This document shows positions 57,859 to 64,000 of a stretch of 64,000 nucleotides of DNA, piece after piece. The stretch spans positions 26,902 through 90,901 of the forward strand of contig JAWCKZ010000002.1 in NCBI GenBank assembly GCA_038851325.1. Reading direction: 5' to 3'. The stretch comes from Candidatus Bilamarchaeaceae archaeon. Its GTDB lineage: Archaea > Micrarchaeota > Micrarchaeia > Anstonellales > Bilamarchaeaceae. The translations under genes were made by a program, and so were the position numbers. Position 1 is the first letter of the stretch; each line of letters opens with the position of its first letter. The notes below the pieces were generated by a model that did not search any database, had not been told where the DNA came from, and worked only from the letters and a program-made list of their open reading frames with translations.

Positions 57859-59259
57859 CTATGACCCCATTTTTTCTGTCTTTGTTTTTCTGTCTTTGTT
57901 GCGGACCATGTGGATGATCGATTTATAAGACTGGAAGAGTGAATTAACAAGGGTTTGATTTCCGCCCAGATAGTAATGATGCGCCGCACCCCCCTCCTCA
58001 GCTATCTGATGCCACTCCTTTGTTTTCAGCTGCACTTCAAATCGCAGCAATCTCGAGGTGAGAACATCCTCGGGTTCGGTGTCGTAATGGAACGCCTTAT
58101 AACCATTTTCAGGTTTGACTTTGAACTCTGGAGTGCATTTTTTGTAAAGCACGCCAGGGGTTGTATTTAGTCCGCATAAATTTGATTCTATTACTGCCTT
58201 TGCCAATTCCAGAGCTCTCCCCTTTGCGTCTTCTTCCATCTTGTCTACCTCAATCCCATGTAGTTTGTTGATGATAACGCGGAGCGCTACAAGGTCATTA
58301 AGTTTTGCAATGTCGTAGTATTGAATAATCGATCTTATATATTTGTTTAGTTTTTCTTCATTTTCCTCAGAACTCTCGTTATGACCAACATGTAGACGCT
58401 TAAACTCATCCACCAATCTTCTATATATCTTGCGCATTATTTTCCCTTCATGTTTTTTCATTCTTGGTGCAACAATCGCATCTGTGAAGCCTTGGACTCT
58501 TAACGTTTGCCTGATCCGTCTTGCAAGATCTTTGACAATGTTTTGCGTTGTATGCAGGCGTTCCGTAAGCCCGGTTTCATTCATTTTTTCCATTACATAT
58601 TCGTATATCTCTCTGTGGTTTATCTTAAATGCGTGGAGAAGAATATCTCCTGCTAGGGATGGATATCCAAAAAATTCTGCCAGCGGGGCGTAGATTTTCT
58701 CCCCTGCTGTTGCGTCCCTTTTTAGAGAGTTTTCTGCATCCGATTGAGAATCGTAAAGCCTGAATATAGAACAACCATTGTTGTTAATGACATCATTTGT
58801 TCTTTGGCTTGTTGTGTGCGTGACAGCGACATCAACTATTCGCGGCAGCAAAGCCAATGGAGCTGGTTTGTTATCATTAAGTAAAGGAATATAACTCTCC
58901 AGCGGAGCACCAGCGCGATCAAGATTTCTCAACTGACAGAATATTCTGAGTTCGTCGACTATTGCTCTTTCTTCTAGCATTTGAAGGATGGAAGGGTCCA
59001 AGCATTTAACCTTATCATAATCTATCATGTGATAAAGTACAATCTCTGTAATCCGGTGATTCAGTTCAGCCCTTTCTGGATCTTTTTTGTAGTGTTTTAT
59101 TGCACTTCCATTCACCATCTTTACTTCTTCAGCCTTTTTCATGACTTCAAGGCAGTGTTGGTAGAGCTGCATAGCATTTTTTTTGAAATAAAAATTCCTA
59201 GCTGTTAGTATACTGGATTGAAGGGATGGTAATTTTTTTCTAGTTCGTATAAATTCCAT
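57859..59259 (-). CDS. RelA/SpoT homologue: degenerate HD region plus (p)ppGpp synthetase domain, no TGS/ACT
   Basis: IYAPLAEFFG, PRMK...IMRK, NDLVALRVI, KPENGYKAFH, FEVQLKT..WH..AEEGGAAHHYY. Confidence 0.82.
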   Translation of the reverse strand: MEFIRTRKKLPSLQSSILTARNFYFKKNAMQLYQHCLEVMKKAEEVKMVNGSAIKHYKKDPERAELNHRITEIVLYHMIDYDKVKCLDPSILQMLEERAIVDELRIFCQLRNLDRAGAPLESYIPLLNDNKPAPLALLPRIVDVAVTHTTSQRTNDVINNNGCSIFRLYDSQSDAENSLKRDATAGEKIYAPLAEFFGYPSLAGDILLHAFKINHREIYEYVMEKMNETGLTERLHTTQNIVKDLARRIRQTLRVQGFTDAIVAPRMKKHEGKIMRKIYRRLVDEFKRLHVGHNESSEENEEKLNKYIRSIIQYYDIAKLNDLVALRVIINKLHGIEVDKMEEDAKGRALELAKAVIESNLCGLNTTPGVLYKKCTPEFKVKPENGYKAFHYDTEPEDVLTSRLLRFEVQLKTKEWHQIAEEGGAAHHYYLGGNQTLVNSLFQSYKSIIHMVRNKDRKTKTEKMGS

Positions 59260-59316
59260 AATGATACATCGTTTAAAACATTTTAAAAAGATATCGGAAT
59301 GTGCTGCGAAAGAGTA

Positions 59317-60321
59317 TTAATAGATAATACAACGCGCAGCCTTTAATTGCTCTATATTCCTACTTCCTGTGAGAAAGGCAGCTATGGCAAGTTGTTTTTT
59401 CCATTTCTCAATTTCTTCTTCAAGACATTTTTTTGTGAGGGCGATAAGAAACGGTTGTGCAGCGCCCCCCATCTCCGCACCAAGCGCTATTGCCTTTGCA
59501 ACGTCTACTCCGCTTCTTACTCCGCCGCTGGCAATAAGCGGTAGAATTCCTTTACACATAAGAATGGAGTCTACAGTTTTTATCCCCCAATTTTCAAATC
59601 CCGGCACTCCTCCTTTTCGCATGTACTCTATTTTACTCCACGAAGTTCCTCCAGCGCCAGAAACATCCAACCATGAAACGCCGACACCCTTAAGCTTCTC
59701 TGCTACCTCTGTGCTCATTCCGGCTCCTGTTTCCTTTGCAATAACAGGCACGCCAATTCTTTCTACTGTCTTTTCTATTGCTGCCAGGATACCTGAAAAA
59801 TCGGTATCCCCTTCTGGTTGGATGACTTCTTGCAGAGGATTTAGGTGAATAGCGAGAGCGTCTGCCTCAACGGATGCTACGAGTGATTCTATCTTCTCTA
59901 TTGGGTATTTATTCAATTGGGCTGCCCCTATATTTGCGAGTAGAGGTATATCAGGCGCGACATCTCGCACTTTAAATGTATCCGCAGTGGCTGGATTCTC
60001 TATCATAGCGCGCTGCGAACCAAGTCCAAAGGCTATGCCTGCATTCTGCGCAGCAGCAGCAAGCATCCTGTTTATTTTTTTTGCCTTTGGATAGCCGCCG
60101 GTCAACGCGCATATCAAAAGAGGCGCGGATATTTTTTTACCTAAAAAATCTGTTGAAAGATCAACATCAGACAATGCGCATTCCGGCAAGGAATTGTGGA
60201 TTAGCAGAATGCGCTCAAAACCTGCGGAAAAGGAATACTGGCTCTCTTTTTTTATGGAAAGAGCGATATGGTCTTGTTTTCTCTTATAGATGCTCACAAA
60301 TTCACCCGTTCGTGTCAACAA
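59317..60321 (-). CDS. fni: Type 2 isopentenyl-diphosphate isomerase
   Basis: RKQDHI, LTGG, GSQR, HLNPLQE..QPEGD, KETGAG, GAGGTSW. Confidence 0.95.
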   Translation of the reverse strand: MLTRTGEFVSIYKRKQDHIALSIKKESQYSFSAGFERILLIHNSLPECALSDVDLSTDFLGKKISAPLLICALTGGYPKAKKINRMLAAAAQNAGIAFGLGSQRAMIENPATADTFKVRDVAPDIPLLANIGAAQLNKYPIEKIESLVASVEADALAIHLNPLQEVIQPEGDTDFSGILAAIEKTVERIGVPVIAKETGAGMSTEVAEKLKGVGVSWLDVSGAGGTSWSKIEYMRKGGVPGFENWGIKTVDSILMCKGILPLIASGGVRSGVDVAKAIALGAEMGGAAQPFLIALTKKCLEEEIEKWKKQLAIAAFLTGSRNIEQLKAARCIIY

Positions 60322-60336
60322 TTTTACTCTATGATC

Positions 60337-61074
60337 TCACCTTGCCAACGGATACTTTTCCATGTACATCTGAGTCTGGAGAATAATGAGAAATGGAAGA
60401 AGAACGATCGAGTTGACCAGCAAAGCAAAGTACTGCGAAAATACCCCCGAGAATAGAAAATCGCCCGATATCTTTGAAAGCACCAAAGTTAACGCGCCAA
60501 TGGCCAGCCAGGAGATACAAAGGAGCGGTTTTCGTAGTGCAAGATCACCTGAGCGAATGATCGCGGTTCCTACATCTGAATCGTCTATAACAATGGCCGG
60601 GGGAACGAATAACAGGAGATAAGAAAGGACAAAGGAAAATAGAGGGTAGATGACTGTTTGGCCATAGATATCGTGAAGAAGCAATTGTGCTATGAGGTGA
60701 AGTATAAATACAATAGTAAGAACGCAGAATATCCTTGTTGCATGCTTCGGGACTGCCGAAATCATCTCCTGCGTTGTTTCGGTTAGAGTACGTTTTGAGC
60801 GTACTATTATATTGATGTTCACAATCGTATCAGCTATTATAAACATTGCTATTAGATACGCAATGACGATTATGGATATGTCAAGAATGGAGAAATCCGG
60901 AAGGCTTCCTGTTCTTGCAAATAGTGCCCCTGCTGCTAGATAGGTGGGTAGAGGAACAAGCACGGGAACGAGAGACGCAGCAAAGAATGGAATAGAAAAG
61001 AGAGCCAGAAGTGCTATCTTCTTAAAGTAAAATTCCAGAGAATACGCAACAACCCTGTTCAATTCTTCCATCAT
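60337..61074 (-). CDS. Multi-pass membrane hypothetical protein
   Basis: About 6 TM segments. Confidence 0.65.
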   Translation of the reverse strand: MMEELNRVVAYSLEFYFKKIALLALFSIPFFAASLVPVLVPLPTYLAAGALFARTGSLPDFSILDISIIVIAYLIAMFIIADTIVNINIIVRSKRTLTETTQEMISAVPKHATRIFCVLTIVFILHLIAQLLLHDIYGQTVIYPLFSFVLSYLLLFVPPAIVIDDSDVGTAIIRSGDLALRKPLLCISWLAIGALTLVLSKISGDFLFSGVFSQYFALLVNSIVLLPFLIILQTQMYMEKYPLAR

Positions 61075-61080
61075 TGTTAT

Positions 61081-61659
61081 TCACCTTTCTTTTTCGATCT
61101 TTGTTACAGTAACCTTGTTGTCCTTTAAAATTTCAACTACGTAATAATAACTTGCATTCGGCGAATCCCACACGACTCGCCATCCTACCTTCGTTTCGCT
61201 TACTGAGTGCAATGTATTTGGATTATTTGAGATGTACCCGCTTACTAGCTCTGTCCCTGGAAATGTATGTGAGGCTATCACCGCTTCCTCAGGAAATATA
61301 AGAACACAGCCTGGCTCGTAGCAGACCGTACAATTTGAGGTTATGATTTCCTGAGGTTGAGGGACAAAGTTCTGAACTGGGTAGTTATAGAATATATGCA
61401 CCCTTTCTGGGCATGGGGTATGCGGTGACTTAGTCACTTTTGCCTTTATCTCAAAATACCTATTCCCCAACTCGTTCGTGAGTTCCTTGGTTGATATTAT
61501 CTCTATATCTGCGTTTGGGTATCTAGAACGCAGATCCTCCAAGACAAACTTTGTTGCATCTCCTTCGACGATATTTATCTTGAAGAGTTCCGCTCCCTTT
61601 ACAAGCGTAAATATAACAATAAGAAGTACGAATAGCAGCACCAACCCTTTTTTAAGCAT
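61081..61659 (-). CDS. Membrane-anchored/secreted hypothetical protein
   Basis: N-terminal hydrophobic helix; in operon with nac. Confidence 0.65.
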   Translation of the reverse strand: MLKKGLVLLFVLLIVIFTLVKGAELFKINIVEGDATKFVLEDLRSRYPNADIEIISTKELTNELGNRYFEIKAKVTKSPHTPCPERVHIFYNYPVQNFVPQPQEIITSNCTVCYEPGCVLIFPEEAVIASHTFPGTELVSGYISNNPNTLHSVSETKVGWRVVWDSPNASYYYVVEILKDNKVTVTKIEKER

Positions 61660-61686
61660 GATAACACAACTGCAGAAATTTTTATA

Positions 61687-62016
61687 TTACTTCCCCTTTA
61701 GCAGAAGGATGGCCTGGGCTATATCTCCTTTGGTTTTTTTTAGCGCGGTCCTTGCCTCTTCTTCTGAGCAGCCAGCTTGCTCCGCGACCATCTTGGTATC
61801 CTCTTCGCTTATGTTATCTTCGAATACCATAGCGCCTGTTATTTGAAGAGATTTTTGGCCTTGCATATCTATCTCTATAACTTCAGGATTTTGCAGAATA
61901 TAGCTACCTTCTTCTGTTTCTATCACGACTCGTTTTGCCTCTATCCTCTTTGATTTTATTCCCAGTTGACGCATCATCTGTTCCATCTTTCTCGGGTCGA
62001 TACCACCAGGCAACAT
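61687..62016 (-). CDS. nac: Nascent polypeptide-associated complex protein
   Basis: DPRKMEQMMRQLGI, QGQKSLQI.G, UBA tail GDIAQAIL. Confidence 0.95.
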   Translation of the reverse strand: MLPGGIDPRKMEQMMRQLGIKSKRIEAKRVVIETEEGSYILQNPEVIEIDMQGQKSLQITGAMVFEDNISEEDTKMVAEQAGCSEEEARTALKKTKGDIAQAILLLKGK

Positions 62017-62073
62017 ACGATCACAACTAAGCTTAAGGTAGGTATTTAAACGCGGTGGTGCGTTTTACAAAAT

Positions 62074-62670
62074 CTACTTAAACAGTTCCATCCGCTCCGA
62101 TTTTCTTACTTCGACGCGTTTCATCATCGTTATCTGTTTTAAGCGATTAAACAACTTAGACGAAAAGCGACCATATACAAGGTCTTGCATAAGTTCATCA
62201 AAGTTAGCTCCTTCTGCGTTTTTCTTTGTCTCCTCTGCGATTGCTTTTCTCAAATTCTTTCTTGTATTTTCACTCACCTTCGCACCAGTAACAGCGATTA
62301 TCTTTATTCTTATACTCTCGCCGTCTTTTGTCTTTGTATCCATAACTTGATGAATGAGGGACTTTCCTCTTCTTGCGAATGTTTTAATATATGCGGGCGA
62401 TATTTCATGGCCTATAAGTTTTGTGTAGGCATTTGTGCCCTTTACGTCAACTATCCTAAAATAAAGGTTCGTGAACATCGCAAGCTGAGAAGATGGATTA
62501 AGTCCAAGTTCCGTAAGGCTTCTGGTTATGATTCTGTTGAGAAGATTTTTCTCGTCACTCGATACAACTTCACCGAGTTCCCGATTGTCAAACGATGCTG
62601 GTGCGAGTACGGTGTACCATTTTTTTGATTTCCACTTATCAACTACCTTCATTGCCCTTTTTCCGGCCAT
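62074..62670 (-). CDS. rps3ae: 30S ribosomal protein S3Ae (eS1)
   Basis: DKWKSKKWYTVLAP, YI....RR..S.I, VEVRKSE. Confidence 0.93.
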   Translation of the reverse strand: MAGKRAMKVVDKWKSKKWYTVLAPASFDNRELGEVVSSDEKNLLNRIITRSLTELGLNPSSQLAMFTNLYFRIVDVKGTNAYTKLIGHEISPAYIKTFARRGKSLIHQVMDTKTKDGESIRIKIIAVTGAKVSENTRKNLRKAIAEETKKNAEGANFDELMQDLVYGRFSSKLFNRLKQITMMKRVEVRKSERMELFK

Positions 62671-62678
62671 TATACCCC

Positions 62679-63134
62679 TCACTTAACTAGTAACTCGGCT
62701 TGCTCAGGGTCGTATTTCCAATCCTCCGGAAGAATCCCCTTTGCCTTCAAATACTTTGCAAGCCTATTTATTTTAGATATTATATGAGCATACTTCGTTT
62801 TGTTATGGACATCCTTTTTGGCATTTTTTAGGTGTCTGTTCATTCTTACCGCTCGTTTTAAAAGAGCGAGGAAATCATCAGGATAGACAGCGCCCACTTT
62901 GTTATTTCTCAAAAATACAGATAGCTTTGTACCAAGAAAAGGCTTTATTTCTGGTATTCCATGTTTATCTCTAAGAATAATTCCTATTTTCGAGGGAGAT
63001 GTTCCTTCCTTCGCGAGTTTTATTATCTCTTCCTCTATATATTTTTTATCGGCCTTGACCCATTCTGGCACGAGCTTGCTTTTTGGAGTTTTTCTCCCAG
63101 ATTTTCCCTTCTTTTTCGAGTGAAGCCTTGCCAT
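62679..63134 (-). CDS. rps15: 30S ribosomal protein S15 (uS15)
   Basis: MARLHSKKKGKSG, SKIGIILRD.HGIP, SKINRLAKY, LP.DWKY. Confidence 0.95.
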   Translation of the reverse strand: MARLHSKKKGKSGRKTPKSKLVPEWVKADKKYIEEEIIKLAKEGTSPSKIGIILRDKHGIPEIKPFLGTKLSVFLRNNKVGAVYPDDFLALLKRAVRMNRHLKNAKKDVHNKTKYAHIISKINRLAKYLKAKGILPEDWKYDPEQAELLVK

Positions 63135-63147
63135 ACGCACACCTTTA

Positions 63148-63735
63148 TTATACCTTTCGTGTTGTGTAGTCATGCATCTTCTGGTTATTTTTTAAATAAT
63201 CGATAAGCAACGAGATAGCTTTATATCTATGAGAGAGTTTGTTTTTTAATTCTATGTTTTCAGCAAATGTCGTATCGTGCGCCTCTGGTATGAAGATGGG
63301 GTCATATCCAAAACCGCTTTTGCCACGTTCGGTTTCGGCTATTCTTCCCTCGCAGATGCCTTTAAATAACAAAATGCTGCTGCCGTTATGAAAGGCTATG
63401 CATGCCTCAAAACGTGCGGCTCTATTTTCTACGCCTTCAAGTAGTTTTAGTATGCCTTTACGTCCAATTTTTTCTTGCACCCATGCTGAGTAAGTTCCAG
63501 GAAAGCCATTAAGTGCATCCACAAAAAGCCCGGTGTCTTCTGTAAAAACTGGTTTTTGAAGTCGCCTGAAAGCTGCTTCGGTTGCCTCAGTTGCAATCTC
63601 CTCAAGACTGTCTGAACGAATTTCGCGATGCGTAAACTGAAAATGTTTCAGGGTAATGCGTGGCGCATTGACTACAAACACCTCTTGCGCCTCTCTAAAT
63701 TTGTTTGTGTTGCTTGTGGCAAAATAAATCTCCAT
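63148..63735 (-). CDS. rdgB: Non-canonical purine NTP pyrophosphatase (RdgB/HAM1)
   Basis: ATSN.NK, EDTGL..DALNGFPG.YS, GFGYDPIF, KN.LSHR. Confidence 0.95.
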   Translation of the reverse strand: MEIYFATSNTNKFREAQEVFVVNAPRITLKHFQFTHREIRSDSLEEIATEATEAAFRRLQKPVFTEDTGLFVDALNGFPGTYSAWVQEKIGRKGILKLLEGVENRAARFEACIAFHNGSSILLFKGICEGRIAETERGKSGFGYDPIFIPEAHDTTFAENIELKNKLSHRYKAISLLIDYLKNNQKMHDYTTRKV

Positions 63736-63867
63736 AAAGCGTGAATGTTAACTGTTATTAAAAAGACTTCCGATGTATTTTTAAATATATTCACACGTAT
63801 ATATAACATACAACATTAGCATATATAACATATAACAATAACATATAACATTAATGGAGAGATTAAC

Positions 63868-64000
63868 ATGAATGACCAAAAAAAGATTGGAGAGAAATTC
63901 GTAGTCTTACAGGGCGGTGGTAAGAACAGGAAAAATTTATTCGATGGAGAGCTACCTGTTGTGGAAACAAGGCCGGATAACGAAGTCAACAAAATGCTCA
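63868..64000 (+). CDS. 5' end of a hypothetical protein, truncated by the window edge
   Basis: ATG after GGAG; frame open to the end (MNDQKKIGEKFVVLQGGGKNR...). Confidence 0.45.
   Translation, partial: MNDQKKIGEKFVVLQGGGKNRKNLFDGELPVVETRPDNEVNKML

Noticed and set aside
195..63206. Numerous antisense/overlapping ORFs in the supplied track
   Set aside because: They lie opposite well-supported genes and show the F/S/L-rich composition expected from antisense reading of K/E-rich genes

Overview
Gene-dense archaeal chromosomal window. Cdc6, TopoVI A/B, fibrillarin, aRF1, aTrm56, rpS3Ae, Sec61beta and NAC establish it as archaeal. Compact genes and many class III signal peptide proteins suggest a DPANN lineage, possibly Micrarchaeota (inference, not tested). 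Most of it is housekeeping: translation and tRNA modification, replication, isoprenoid lipid synthesis (mvk, fni, idsA, DGGGP synthase), pyrB/pyrI and purE. Four things stand out. (1) Positions 1-1408 form a gene-cassette array: each AT-rich gene is enclosed by its own covarying inverted repeat with a tandem GA/GA mismatch and followed by an attC-like TAAC...GTTA hairpin of non-canonical geometry. No integrase is in the window. (2) tRNA-His(GTG) is interrupted at 37/38 by a 235-nt insert built of repeated hairpin modules. It is flanked by identical 17-bp palindromes and by degenerate copies of its own 3' end. (3) Two bacterial-type second-messenger enzymes occur as stand-alone genes: a GGEEF diguanylate cyclase and a RelA/SpoT homologue with a degenerate hydrolase and no regulatory C-terminus. 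They sit among other orphans with low-complexity N-termini, which may be host-directed effectors (speculative). (4) A LipA-like radical SAM protein has lost all auxiliary-cluster ligands. All calls come from motif recognition by eye; no searches were run.
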